Of a stretch of 64,000 nt of DNA, positions 34,904 to 49,599 are shown one piece after another. How positions within the stretch are numbered: the first letter of the stretch is position 1; every line of letters starts with the position of its first letter. Origin of the DNA: Balanoglossus misakiensis (lineage: Eukaryota > Animalia > Hemichordata); NCBI GenBank assembly GCA_040954595.2, contig CM082587.2, forward strand, positions 186,001 through 250,000, written 5' to 3'. A program made the translations under genes and the position numbers. A model generated the notes under the pieces. It saw only the letters and a list, made by a program, of their open reading frames with translations, had not been told where the DNA came from and did no database searches.

Positions 34904-36882
34904 CCAACCCTCAAACCAACATGCAGTTTCACTCTCTCTGTCTTTATCAAATCAATTACATCTTGTGCTGCTGTTGCATCTGTCAGTTTGGAAAATTGCA
35001 AATGAAGACCAGAGCCAGAAACGGATTACTGGAGAAACAGCACAGAATATTTAACAATGCTCTGTCCAACACTGCAGCTACTGAGCTTGCAAAAAAGAAT
35101 AATTTGAGGCTGGCAGCATAATTTATGGCTTAATATTAAATGAAATTCTACGTTTGTCTTTGTACACAGTGGAGTTTTTGAGATGTAATGTTAATGTGAT
35201 GATAGAAAAAAATTCAACGTGCCAAAATTGATTGTGGCGAGAATACATAGGGCACCCTCTACGTTGACATTTACATGGCTGTGCTATACAAATGAAACTG
35301 CAATCTTTTGTGCATCCCCACGTGACCGTTGCTGATATGCAATCACCAAGAGACTGAACTATTCTGGGATGTAATACATAAGCACAAAAATTAATCTCTG
35401 TCAATCTCTGTCAATTCAGCTTGAACGGGTTTTAAATGAAAGTGGCAGCTTTGATGGGTTATTCTCAGATTTTCGTCTCTTAGCATTAGCTTTCCCTTTG
35501 TGATCAGTCGACGCATTATAAAACTATTTGACCCGAAAGCGACCCACTTTTCCTCAATGTCAACTTAGAGTACTTCGCGGATTCCATCGAAGGTGCTGAT
35601 TTGACCACGATGTTGCCCTCAATGCCCTTGTTTCGAGTAAAGTGCTCGCCATGTCAGCGTCGCTCCGGGGAAAGGACGAGGCTGACTGCGATTTCATATT
35701 AAAACTCAGCGGTCTGTACGTCCCTATACTGTAAATATTATTGGAGTAGAGAACAATAATTGCCACCATCATCATTTTTTATTCACATTTTCTATAAACA
35801 ATATTTTGGTGAACGTACGACAGTTCAATCACTGTGTCATTGTACTTTTGCATGGAGCATGCCACTCTAGATTTAACGACGCTAACATATCCGAGGATTA
35901 CTGATGTGCTGACTTCGAAAGTCGGTAGCATGTGTAATTTGAACTTTAAAAAGGAACCCACCCGCAACTGAATCTGATTAGTATTTCCCACAGAAGATTA
36001 TTACATAATGGTATTAATGTGTTAAAGACAGTACGTTAATTCGGATCCTCCTTGGTTTAAGACAACTTTAAAATACCGCACAGGCAGAGCTCCCCAAGCC
36101 TGCCTTTCCCCCCATCCAGTTATTCGAGAGTACTTCACACTTGGCATTTGCCTTGACACAAACACCGTGTCGAACAATAAGAAAGACCGACAGGGTTTGA
36201 GAGACCTACATCACTCTGTAAAATGTGTAACGAGGTCGAGATTCTAGGCCACGATTTGTCTGAATTATGTTCCATTATCACCCGGCATTTGACTATTCCA
36301 CTCTTATTGCAGGAGTGCATCGTTTAGGATCAGCATACTGTGTTACACACTTTGAAACGTTAAAAATATCAGGATTATTTGTTTGTGGTGCATCGTTTTC
36401 GGATTCAAGGTACCAATCTACTGGCTAATGGTAACACGCACTCTCACACGATGTGGTTTACTGGGCAAATCGACTCCAATCACTTCTGTATGAGTGAAGC
36501 ATTTGGTATTGGGGTTGCTAGAAGATTGTTTAGGGAGACGATTCCGAAGGAACACCTTTGAAAAAAATCTACTTAGAAAATTATTCTGTGTTTTTCTATC
36601 AAACATAATTTATTATCATGTCGGACAAGTAACTGACACGACAAACGAAGAATATTGTGAAAGCTCCCTTAGAACCATGCATGATAGGGTAAGCCAAAGT
36701 AGTTATAAACTTATATTCCTCGCACTACATGTAGTAGTTTTTGTTTGATGGGTCAGTCTTTCTAAGACCGGGATCTAAATGACCAATGAAATATCATAGC
36801 AATTTCACTTTCGTGGCATCCAAATTCTATATTTTTAGAGAAGTCGCGTGTACTCTTGCTTCAAGAAAATAAAAACGCGAGG

Positions 36883-39800
36883 TCACGTGAATTTCTGGTC
36901 TGCAATTGTTTGAAGAAGTAGTTTTGTTGCATTTTCCATGACGCCCTCTATGACAAATTGCTCCTCGGTGGTAAAGGTCGACAAGACGTAGTCGGTAACT
37001 GCATCTTTTCGAGTTGGTCTGCCTATCCCAATCCGAAGTCGAGGCATAGTCTGAAGGTAACCAGAAAGACAATAATTTCCTGGGATGTTAAACAGTATGA
37101 ATTAGTTCTAAATACCTCCAGAGACTACCGGATGATATAACGATTATTGATGGTGAAGGAAATTATAAATGTTTTTCAAATCAATCATCAAGTAACTTTC
37201 ACTGCATTTTCGATTGTCCTATCTTGTTCACATCACAGAAACACAAAGACGATTACTATTACAATCGGACTCAAAGTATATTCTAATAATCGTTTGCTTT
37301 CTATCCTCGCATTTTTCTAGCATTTACACATTGGGAAGGGGGTGGGCCATGGGAGGGAAAGAGAATTTAATGGAGAAAAGAAGGCAGAATGTGTGCGCAC
37401 AGACAATATTTGTTGAACAGCAAAGTCTTTCGGTCTCATCCGGGTCAGAGCTGCGACGCTCCATCCGGGCTAAACATCACGTGGATACAATTGCTTCTTT
37501 AAATGAACCGAAGACCTCTCGGTGAACTTTTGTCGACCCGCAGTTCACCTACACGCTGACAATAACCCGTAGTCAAACTGATCCTTCACAGTCAATTGCC
37601 GGGCATATGGTTCACTTGAATGGTGTCCTTGATTGACCTCGGCGCTATGGCGACCATAACCTATTAGCGGTTTTTGGCAAGTATTTTTGGTGGAAGACAA
37701 TAAGGTTATCGTAACCAAAACAATACAGCGTATGATATTCCCATATTTCAAACTATATATCATTTCTTGTATGTTTTAGAAATCGTGACTCACGATGACT
37801 TGGGTGTATTAATATAGCTGGTGTCTAAAATGATCATCCGGGTACAAGCTCAGATCATATACCAGGAGGGGGTTCGCTCATTTCTGTCGTTAACTGAAGA
37901 TCTTGTATTATCGCCAAAACCATATACTGGGTGTAAAAACTGTCATGTGGTTCTTCGGTGAAGTAAATCATGATCATCAATGTCACGTTAAATTGAAAAT
38001 GGGCCTACACTCTTTTGAATCACTCTATAAAACTGAAGTATGGGGAGTCTTCCCAATTTACGTAAAATGGATGGTCTGACAAAAAGGGTTATTCCAAGAC
38101 GCCATCCAGTTAGGGGGGGGGGGGGAACGACGGACATGAAGTTGATGCAACAATCATCGATAAGCTGACGTAGTATTGTGTCATTTTGGTCTCTTATAGA
38201 AAAATGTAAAAATATTGTCTATCTCCTTTGTTTGTGTGACTATCGTAACACTTCTTTCAAAATGGGATTATCTGAAAGCCCAACCTCTACCTATGCCACT
38301 TGAAACAAAAGATAGTGATTCATGTTTCGATGGAATGACCTTTGTTATAACACAATAAAATTCTTAAACGAGTATTTGCTTCATGAAACTACATTTCAAT
38401 TAACTATGGATGCATATAAACAGCGTCGTGCTTTAGCAAATCAAAAATTTTGGCGTCGGTAATAAGTTTCTGAAACGTGTATCAAGTCGACAACCCCTCT
38501 ATTTTGATTAGAATACGCCAAATATCCTGTCTCCGCCGGCGTTTGGACCAGACTATTATCTTTTTGGAAAGACAATATTATCAACATCTCCGAGTCTGCG
38601 CACTTTTCATGCTGGATTTTCGTGATGTTTTCTGTTTATACCTGACCATAATTATATATGTTTTATTTCACACTGGACATTGTCGAAGTTGGTCAAAAAT
38701 ATCAACGATCACAAATGACTTGCTCAGTGTCCTGATAGGAATGTACGAAGGTTTTGTAAAGAAATTCCTTTCCATCGAACGTTGCACCTGGAAAAGTACA
38801 ATCGCATTAGGGTCGCCGGGTCGATCTGTGCACTGCACGTGCGCAGTGTCGGTGAACGGCCTCATGTGACACCAAGGTGTATTCTGTTAATTAACTGCTC
38901 CTTTGCATATCGAACAAACTTGCCAGATTTATAGCTGTCATGAATCCAAAATTGCAATACCAAATTTGCTGAAACTTTCTAGATACTGTTCTCACACCGA
39001 TTATCCTGTATTAAGAAACTTGCAACTTTCCAATGTTAACAAATTTCAAATATGCAAATACGGCCAGATGTTATTCTGCATATTTTACACATTTACGCAA
39101 TTAGCAGTATTTAAATCCAGAGTTCTGACTATCCATCACGTGATGAAACCCCATGCAGTGTTCAAAGGTCGTTGGACTGTCTCTGTGATACATATAGTTT
39201 AAAAACGCCATTGATTGCTTTTCAACTGGGTCAGGGTGACACGTCTCGACCCAATAAATTTGAAAAACAATGACCTAAAAACGCAGAAAATAGACGATTG
39301 ATTGAATCTGATAGTGCTCGTCAACTTGCGACCTACATCGGAAAAGCGCATTAAAATATTTGCCAATGGCAGTTTCAGCATATGTTGATGATTTGGATTT
39401 GTGGGAAATGTTTATAACCAACCAGCACAACAACCAAAGCAAAAGGGCGGTGTAATATTAAAAGCACACTTTGAAACAATTATCAACTTATACAGATGTA
39501 TATCAAAAAAGTATTAACACAACGGCGACGGATATGGTCACATTTTAAAAATTCCTCCTCTGACCGTTGTTTCATCCTGCTTATTTTTATTGTAGCGACA
39601 TTAGCATGAAGTCTATTACAAAACTCGTACAATCAGGCCTTTATTCGGACTATAGCCTATAGTACACCTCGAGATATCATAAGTTGCCAGAAATGCGGAC
39701 AATTTCCCAGGCAGTCGGCCATTTTAGTGGAAACAGAGTATCCCTTGGGGGTAATAAACGGGTGTTATATAGCTCTCCCGAAAACTTAGACAATTATGTA

Positions 39801-42800
39801 GGGACGCTCAGATTTCTCTGTCCACGATCACTCCACAAAGTTACAGTGCTATTTCATGAAAGATTGGTCATCATTTGTTCCCGGATGAGTCAATAACTCC
39901 CCACCAAACTATCACCCTAGTGCGAGGGTTATTCCATTCAATTTGTAGTCAGAGCAGCCCCACGTGTTCACGCAACAGTACACCCAGCAGAAATGGAAAA
40001 GTCCTTTGTTCACGAGATGGAAGAAAACATTCCACTGTAGGTTTAAGAGGTATACTCTTGACGACGAACAAAGTAAAACATATCTCAGAAATCTAATTGT
40101 GTTTAAGGAAACGCAAAATTCTGTAAGAATATTCAGAATGCATTTTTATTAAAATATCCGAACACAAGATATGTTACTGCGATGCGGGTGACATTGACAA
40201 TTTATTTGTCTCTTTACAATGCCTTAAATTTATCTCGAAATTACCATGATATGTATTTAGAAAATTTAAAGCTTAGAGTAATTATGATGATACGTAGATG
40301 AACTTTTACAAGATAACCAATTTTAGTTGACGACTCTTATTTGAACTACCAATAACCTACAGAATAGGACGTCCACCTGAAGTAACCCTTTCTCGTCCTT
40401 GCTCGACCTCTACAAAGAACCGTGTTCGCACACTCGAGGCGGCAGCAGACATTACATCATAACTCATTAAAATTTCAGTATCAGGGATCGAGCGGCTGTT
40501 CACCTTGTTTATTGTTGATTGGATTTTGGCAATATAATTCCAGTGAACAAGCGTTTTTAAAAGATCAAATGTATAATATTACCTACCCTATAAGCAATAA
40601 ACACACGAAGAATTACAAGTGAAAACTGAAAGGGCAACTGAACATATCTTTAAATCGAATGATATAGTCACCTTTTAATAATTATTTACTTCATTTCTTT
40701 TCGCAGAAGAGGGTGGTTCCAGCACCAAATTCAAAATACGCTGATTTATTATGTATTCAGAATTTAGTATTCTGTTATCGGGTTAATGTTCATCGGAGAA
40801 CTTTTTATGCAGGTGTATCCCGTTGCATATGCCTGATATACACTTAGTGTTAGTTTCATTCTATCATCTTCATTAATTTTGAATAAAATGATTATATGCT
40901 CGTGTGCGTGTAAATTCTATATACTAGTACAAAATTACAGCATAAAACAAAAAAGATAACGTTATGTGATCTATCTACTTCATTATATACTTGGTATTCT
41001 TTTTGTCCTACTTAGTATGTCACCCTTGAGGAAACCATGGAGATTATACAAAGGCTGAACATATCACTTACTTCATGAATTAATGGTTTTTAGGGTTTTT
41101 GTCATGCAAATATTACAAACCTCGTACTGTTATATCAGATGATAAACATTTCCTCATTAGGGCGCAGGGACATGAACTAATAAAATTAAGAAAATGCATG
41201 GTAGACTCTTGCTAGAGCGCCCAATGAAGAAAGGAGAAAAGACACACACTGCATTTTTTAAATTGGGAACCGTGTGGAACAATGACTTACACTAAACACC
41301 TATTCACAACATTGAATAGCAGAAACCCATTTCTGTGATGATAACCAGTTTCTGCTGTGTTGATCAATAACCTACTTTATGATGTCATTTCAGGTTATCG
41401 AAAAAATCTGCCAGAGAATATTAATGACTCAGATTGTTACTGCATCCTACATTTGGGGTTCATTCCTATAGCCTTGACCTGAGAAGTCTCATCAGTCTGT
41501 CCTCAAATCAACGCGAGGTGAAACAGAGTTCAGTTCAGTTCAGTTCAGATGACTCATGTCATTGATGAAATCTGAGGTCACGGTACAGTAAGAAAGGGAA
41601 CACTGACCTGCTTAGTTGCCAATAGCTACGTGCTGATCTGCATCTGAACTGAATATCTGATACCATAATGCGCGCACTACAACTGTATCACTGTACAACT
41701 GCACATGCATGTCAGTATGAAAAAATGCATTTTTATGCCATTCTTTCATTTGCCATGTCTTTGTCAACATTTGAAGATTAACTGGTTCTTTTGTTGGTGT
41801 GTTTCTTTGTTTTAACCCTTCTCCCCTATTTTCTGCATGTTGGTCCTTCCATAGTGATGCAAACAATGAGATCAAACCATTTGTGCCAATGAAAGGTGTA
41901 AATTTGCAAGAGGAAAATAAATGCACCCAAATAAATAGAAATAATCAATGTTTCAAATTTTCCGATGATTATGTGTGTCAGTGTGGATTGGAATGAAGAT
42001 CATTGATTTATGAATACAACAGAACTAAAGGTGCAAATATTCACAGGGGATAATACACAGCCACCAACGGCCAGCTACGCAAAACATCACAATAGCAGCT
42101 CAAATACTGCATGCTACAGTGCAGGCCAGTCTGGGCTGTTCATCAGACGGTAAAGCGGCCAGAAGAGGGCGCTATACTACATGTATACATGTACATTACA
42201 ACTATGGGCTATGAACCATATGGCATCTCATCCAATAAAGATGCAAATTTCAATAAAATTTATTTATCTCTCAAAATTGAGAAATGTTAAAACGTGATTA
42301 TAAGGTTGTACCAGAACCACAGTGGCAAAGGTAGAATCTGGCAAAATATACGTGAAATATAAAATGTTCCCCGCACTGTGACTGGAAAATTTAATACATA
42401 TTGGACCATAGCCACTACTGTGACTACAGTATGGAAAGTTATTGAAATGGAATAAAATGACCACATGATTGCACACAAAAACATAATCTAGTCAATTGAA
42501 CTAAGTTACTTACTTCAGATTGGAGGGAATTCATCGCTGATCTGACACCATTGTGACCCCTGAAATTTAGAAGATATTTATGTTAACTGAGATGACAACA
42601 ATGGGCAACAGAATGCACCATTGTTCCTTCAATTATCACAAAACAGATTTTCAAATTGGTTGACATCATTTAGATTGGATGTCATCTATCAGTATTCTAA
42701 CCCACAGAGACAACAATCACCCACAAGCATCATATACAAGACTAACAGCATACACAACCATTGTGTCTGAGCCCAACTTTAAAAACTGCTCTGGCATTAT

Positions 42801-43879
42801 ATATAACAATGATGTCAAATGCAAGCCAGGCATCAAATATAACCCTACCAGCATCAAACATTGTCCTAAAAATAAATACATCCCCGGTAACTGGTATCAA
42901 AAACAACCTTGCCATTAAATACAACTCTTGTATATTGTTTATGCAATAACATTTGCAATATTTAGATTAGAACCAAATATTAGCTTACCTGGCACTACCT
43001 CCATATTTAATTGTGTATTTTCCAAGTGACAAATCCAGATCATCATGTATAAGATAAATGTTATCTACAGATACATCATACTTCTTAGCTGTAAACATAA
43101 AATACGCAAAACCATTTTGCAATGATTTTTATTGAATGTACATGTCATTTTAAAATCTGTTGGTCTAGAAGAGAGTTATCTCAAATTTACTCAAAACATC
43201 AATTGTCAATGTGGGTTTCAAGATATTTTTTTAATAATTTAAGAATCATGATTAAACTCTCAAAAGTATATTTTACTTCATAGCATATTAATGTACATGT
43301 AATAGCAAACTTGATAGCTTGCGTTCATAAAATAATTCCCATTTATACACAAGTTCTAGTTTCTTACCTGTTTTTTTAATGCTCTGCCCGTTTACATTCA
43401 TGTAAAGTCTTGGTTTTAGGAAAATCATGAGATGTCCTCCATCAACTGTTTCCGTGGCAACATCTCCAAGGCATTCTTTATCCCTGTGCCATGGCAACTG
43501 ATGCTCTCGCACCATTTTGCTCACAAGACTCATCCCAACATTGTGTCTGGTGTCTGGCATTGTGTAGTTCCCCAGACCAACAATCTACAGAAACAGGGAA
43601 TATGGACAAAATACATTAACCCCTAGTTAAATTCATGTTATTGGTGGGAATTGCAAGTATTGATGTCCCTCCTTGGCTCTTTGTGACAAGGCTAGCTGTG
43701 AGGGAGGGAGCGCTCCTCATCCAAAACAAAAACCTTCAAGGGGAGTCGCAGGGCTTCAAAACTGCAGCAAAGTTGCATGCAGACTCAGTACTCACCAGTT
43801 TTCGGTGTTTGCACTTGTCGTGTTTCATATTCGAAAATTTAGGGAGCATGGCAAATTTGAAGATCTGCGAAAACCGCAT
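36883..43879 (-). CDS. PTRH1: Peptidyl-tRNA hydrolase 1 (bacterial-type Pth)
   Basis: Exons ~43796-43879, 43368-43584 (IVGLGNY..TRHNVGM, LKPRLYMNVNG), ~42990-43089 (IHDDLDL..GGSA), ~42514-42559 (GHNGVRS) and 36883-37050 (MPRLRIGIGRP..VTDYVLSTF). The last intron is about 5.5 kb. Confidence 0.93.
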
Positions 43880-44540
43880 GCTGAAGTTTTACTACAAAAT
43901 GCAGTTTCATTCATAACGTGTAACAGCTGATTGAGCAGACTTGTGCAATATCCTGTGATCTCGCGCATAATGACATCATCAACTCACTATCTCATTGGAT
44001 GAATGACTAAAGGTCAAAGTGCATATATCTGCAGATCTGAAGCAGGCTAGGCAGCTTCTAGACCCTGCTCCCCTAGGTAGGTAAACTTCAGTTGGTCAAA
44101 GGTCACGATAATGGCCGACGTTAACGTTTGTTTATGGGCAAGGGCGAGGGGAAAGCCAACAATTCATGGGCGAGGCTTATGTGTAAAATTGTACAGAATA
44201 AAATAAATTCATTTTCTAGACACAAAATCTTAGTTGTCCTTGTATTTGTTGAAATTGTGGCTCTTCTTGAAGTCATCTTGTATATTCCAAGTAAACAAAT
44301 ACATGTACTGTATTTCTCATTTTGTACAGGCATTTTTGTCAAATTTACAGTACATCCTATTTGTGCAAATATTTTAATGATGTCACACCTTAGAGACATT
44401 TCACTTTAAAATTTGTGACTATGTTATTGAGGAAGCAAATTGTTTCGTTGAGGAAAAGCACAAAGTGTTCTGGTTCATCAAACTTTTGTCTGGGCAGAGA
44501 AAGACTAACAGCATCGCTGAGGTCAAAGTTCACCTACAAG
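43880..44540. promoter_or_regulatory. Bidirectional promoter between PTRH1 and HSD17B8 with three DR1 elements
   Basis: AGGTCA-A-AGTGCA 44011-44023, TGGTCA-A-AGGTCA 44093-44105, AGGTCA-A-AGTTCA 44520-44532. A YY1 motif CAAGATGGCGGC overlaps the HSD17B8 ATG. Confidence 0.6.
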
Positions 44541-46801
44541 ATGGCGGCGAGCCTGCAGCTCGCTAAACTTGCTGCTATCGTGACGGGTATGTTTATTTAA
44601 CAATTAATCCCGATACGTATCATATCAACATTTTAATAACCACAACAAATTATCTTCTGGTCAAATTTCAATAATATTATCGTTAAAACAGCGCTCGGGT
44701 CGGTTTGCAGTACTTATTGGCCTAAACGTACACATTAGCAATTTTTCACTGACAGTGCAAGCCCGCATCTCTTGGTAGTAAAATGACAAATCTCTCCCGT
44801 TCTTGATTAGGTCATGTGAAAGTAATATGTTATGAATCAGTGGTAAATGGGTGTTGCATGTTATTTGTTTGTGTTCATCTTAAATTCACCTGTAGGAGGT
44901 GGCAGTGGTATTGGCAGAGCGATATGTAAAAGATTTGCCAGAGAGGGCGCTAGTATAGCAATCGTGGATATTGATGAAGACCATGCAAAACAGACTTTAG
45001 AAGAATTGTTGACAACAGATCCTGGACGCAAACATCACACTTTCACCACGGATGTCGCAAATGCAGAATCGGTGGCAAAACTAGCAAAGGATGTGGTAGA
45101 AAAATACCCTTCCACCCCAACAATACTGGTTAACTGCGCCGGTATAGTTAAGGATAGTTTCATGTTAAAGATGGAAGAAGGAACTTTCGATGATGTGATT
45201 CGTGTTAATTTAAAGGTAATCGGATTTTTTAATTAAATGTGCAGTCTTCTTCAAAGAGGCCATGATAAACTATCTCTATTCCATTCTCCTCATCATTCGG
45301 ACTTTAATTTTTTGTGTGCATTTTGTCCCATTTTTAATTTATTCTTAAATATGAACATATTTTCGGTTTCAGGGAGTTTTTCTGGTTACCCAGGCAATTA
45401 CAAAACTGATGGTTGAAAACAAAATAAAACATGGTTCCATCGTCAACATGTGCAGTATATCAGGAAAGGTAAGAGATGTTGCGTACTGTTATGAAACAAG
45501 TCACAAGGGAGTTATCAATTGTCTTCGTTTGTAAAATTCAAAGGTTATCAGTGTTACATATTGAAATATAATAACTGCTACATTGTCAGTCTCTTCATTT
45601 TACATGAAAATCCCCTTTTTGAACTCTAATCTGTTTCCCTATTACACTGAAGTGGTCCACTTTCCTCTATCCTCCAGACTGGCAACATAGGACAATGTAA
45701 CTATACAGCCTCAAAAGCTGGAGTAGAAGGATTAACTAGAACAATAGCAAAAGAATTAGCTCAGTGAGTATATAACGACTGCACATGTTGATAAAATATT
45801 CCGTAAATGTAAGGGGTACTGAACAAGAAAAGAATTTAAAAAATAAATATGTTTTTTTTTTTAGCGATTGTGATCATTATTTTTACAGGCATGACATTCG
45901 CTGTAATGCAGTTTTACCTGGCTGGATAGACACCAGGATGACCCGTGCTGTACCAGAAAAAGTTCTTACAAAGGTACTAGTATGTCATCTGTGAACAAAG
46001 TTGTAGATCACTAAAATGGCTCTTTTCCTGATTAGGGTTACTGGTCTGTGTACAGTTGTTATTTTGATCATGGTTTTGCAACCTGATATGTCATTTACAT
46101 GTTTCTTTTTATATCAATGTATGGTAACTTGTGATGTGTTGTTTACCATATCACTGTACTCCTGGTAGTCAAGACTAGTGTGTGTTAAAACATGCCTACC
46201 TATCCCCCCCCCCCTAACCAGTGTACTTCCATGTCTTTCTGAATGTCACATTTATTTTACAGCATCTAGGAATGATACCTGCTGGTAAACTTGGACAACC
46301 TGAAGACATTGCAGATGCATGTTTATTCTTAGCATCACAGAAAAGTAGTTACATCACAGGGACCAGCATTGAAGTTACTGGTAAGTCACTGGGTATTTGG
46401 CCAGTCATATAATTTTTGCTCTGACTGGGCAGACAGAAAATTAATTTTAGAAACAGTGACTGGCAGGTGTTTAGGAAAACAATCCAAACTAGTGACTTTT
46501 GGGACAACTAGCCCCAGGAGCTGGTGGATCTAACATGGCTGGCTTACTTCTGTGACTGCAGGCAGATGGTCCATTCCAGCAAGCCAAAATGCCTAGTGAG
46601 AACATTGTCTGCAGGGTATGAAGTCAAGTGACATACCAAAGAAATATCAAAACTTGCATCTAATGTATTTTGTTCATTGCTACTCATTTTTTATGAACAA
46701 GGAATTCATTCAAAATCAAAAGCTACCATAAATTCAACCCATGTCAGACCAATAACCTTTTTTGCTTTTTATTTTTTTTTTCAGGTGGCCTTTTCATGTG
46801 A
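44541..46801 (+). CDS. HSD17B8: 17-beta-hydroxysteroid dehydrogenase 8 / mitochondrial 3-ketoacyl reductase subunit (classical SDR)
   Basis: Exons 44541-44586, 44896-45215, 45373-45468, ~45678-45763, ~45889-45973, 46263-46380, 46785-46801. Motifs [41 protein letters not shown] (YxxxK), [16 protein letters not shown]. Confidence 0.9.
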
Positions 46802-47806
46802 AGAGATCATATGTTGTGAAATAGGGTTGTGGCACTACTATACTATATGCCTACTATACTATATGCCTAGTTACCTACATGCACCTAGAAATTATAAACA
46901 TGCCATACATGGTGATCTCTCAATTTTTTCAGCCTTGATATGAAAGAATTGGTCCTCATACCAGGTACATTCAACTCACTTTAGCAAGTCAGGAGTAAAA
47001 AAAAATTGGGAGAGCTAAACCATTTGGTGTGATTTTTGACCAAAATATGGTTACCCTAAAATTTGTTGTCATGGTGAGGAATCAAAGATGATTGACTGAA
47101 TGCTTATTGTCATGGTACTGGCAAAGATGACTGCCTGCTTGAATGTTGTAATGAATAAGAATAAATTGCATCACCAATTTCAATCATTGATAAAAAAAGT
47201 ACCTGACAGAATTTAAAAACTTTTACATTAGAATTACTTTGTTCTCTGATTTTGAATTTGAATTTTTTTCGAGTGAAAATAATATTGCATTTCATGAATA
47301 AACTTCTGCAGTTTATATGTTTACTTGTGAAGTGACTTTAACTTGTGTAGTCTGCCAAAGCTTCATTTTTGCATAACATGTAGACTGGGAGTGGAAGTAA
47401 GATGTGGCTTATCAGAATGTATACTGTTTGGGTGAAATGTTTTCTTTTCATTTCTCTTCATTATGCAACTTGCTATGGGAGGGCGACACACCGACATCCA
47501 TATGACTTCTTCTCTTGTATTACAAACTTTAATCAAAGCCTGATTTTTCCCGGTAAGATACAAACCTAATAGTCAATTAAAGAAAAGGAAGCAGGCAGTT
47601 TGCAGTATATTAGGGCGTGAAAGTCATCTTTACTGAAATTTAACCCCAAGTTTGGAGGAAAAAACTTGTAAACATCGCCCTCAGCGGGGGTACCGGTGCA
47701 TGGTAAACACAGGCAAGATGGCGGCGTACGCAAACATGTCGATGTCAACAACGTGAAACCTACTATGTGCCCAATCGACATATTGTTTAATGTCATTTTA
47801 TAGACA

Positions 47807-49599
47807 ATGGGAAAGAGAGGAGAGAAATTGCTGAGATATGTGAAAGAAGGAGAACTACCTAAGGTGAAAGTTCACCTGAAAAAGCATAAACGTTTAGATG
47901 TAAATGAAGCCAGAGACACAGATGGACGCACACCACTTCATCTCGCCTGCCTTGTTAGTGACGATGCAATTATCAGATGTTTGTTGAAATTTGGAGCAGA
48001 TGCAAGTATTCAAGATCTGCATGGAAACACTGCCTTGCACTTAACCTTATTTAATGTTCTTAATGGAAACAAATATGGTAGGAAAACATGTTACCTCACA
48101 AAATCCTGTGATATATTTTTAAAAAAAATGTAGCATATTATAATGTTTGAAGGGACTGTTGCAGTCCACCCTGGCACAGTGATCAATCTCATCTCATGTG
48201 TGTACCAATATCATTTATCAGCCCTCAAAATAAATTCTTATGATGGATACTTTACCCTTGGGCAAGTGCGCCTCACTTTATACCACTTGCCCAAAGGATA
48301 AGTCTAAGCATAAATCTTTCTCATACTGAAGTTGACTGTCTATGTACATAGTAGCAGTTTCATACCTTTATAAATGTATTAATTTTGCAATACAATATCT
48401 CATTCATTGACAGCTTATTCAGACATAGCCATGTTGTTAATGACACTGTTCCCCAAGTCACTTACCATCAGAAACAAGAAAGGAATCAGTCCCAAAAAGT
48501 TGCTCAAGAAAGTGAAAGAAAAATTGAAGGCTTGGGAGAAAGAAGAGGTAGGAAGCTAACAGTGTCCTGAAGTTAAAAAAAGTCAGTCAGAAATGGAAGT
48601 TATGAGTATAAGGAAAAGAATAATTGTGCAAGTGGTGGTGGTCATACAATTATAACTAATGAATAAAATATTTGCCTATAAACTTCCCTTACACAAGATT
48701 TGTCTACAATAACAATGTGCAATCTCTGTGCATGGCAAGTTACATAGAGTTTGCTATGTCTTAACATGCTTCATATAGTGTGTATCAGGACATGAATAAT
48801 TTGCGGTTATTTGATGAAATGCAGGAAGAAGAAGAGAAACGGAGACAAGAAAGAGAAGAAGAAATGAAGTGGAATAAAAGATTGGCAGAGGAAATGGAGG
48901 ATGATGTCACATCGTCATGGTTTCATGATGAAAGGTACTCACATGGTGAGTAATGGTATGTTTCGTGAGAGAGAGAATCTGATGAAGAGAGGCCAACAAT
49001 CAGTTTTCATATAGTTTTCTTGTGTTTGGGTTTTTAGTGGTTTGAGATGTTATAATATATTTCTTGTGTACCATGTAGAACACGAGACATATGACGAGTG
49101 GGCCGATAGAATCAGTGAGCAGTACCATCGGAAACACCACAAGAGGAAATCCAACTCAGAGGACAACGACAGGCGTAAGAGACAGCGTGAACAACAACAG
49201 CAACAGTTTCAACAACAACTTGAAAAGGAACATGAGGAATATAAACGCAGGAGTTCAAAACGGATTCAGGAACAGCGTTTACAAAAGAAGAGAGATTATG
49301 ACAGAAAATGCGGATCATTCTTCAGCACAAGAATTACATGCAAAATTTTCTATAAAGATGTTCCATGGCCAGGCAGTCAAGATGATGTCCAAGAAATGAT
49401 CAAAATCCTTTTATCAGATGTGGAAAAATCCGATGACAAAGCTTACAAAAAGTATATTCGATCTCAACAGATACTATGGCATCCCGATAAATTCCAGCAG
49501 AAAGTGGGACAATATTTACATGAACTGGACAAAGAGAGGATTCTGAACAAAGTCACTGAGATATCTCAAGCTTTGAATAATCTCTCTGAAAGCAGCTAA
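47807..49599 (+). CDS. NFKBIL1: NF-kappa-B inhibitor-like protein 1 (ankyrin repeats plus C-terminal WHPDKF domain)
   Basis: Exons 47807-48077, 48414-48547, 48825-48945, 49079-49599. Ankyrin motifs GRTPLHLAC and GNTALHL; YDEWADRI, DVPWP, QQILWHPDKFQQK..VTEISQALN. YY1 motif upstream at ~47714. Confidence 0.9.

Noticed and set aside
48257-48295. 11-bp inverted repeat TTGGGCAAGTG...CACTTGCCCAA in an NFKBIL1 intron
   Set aside because: Looks like a subterminal repeat of a MITE remnant, with no support for a structured RNA.
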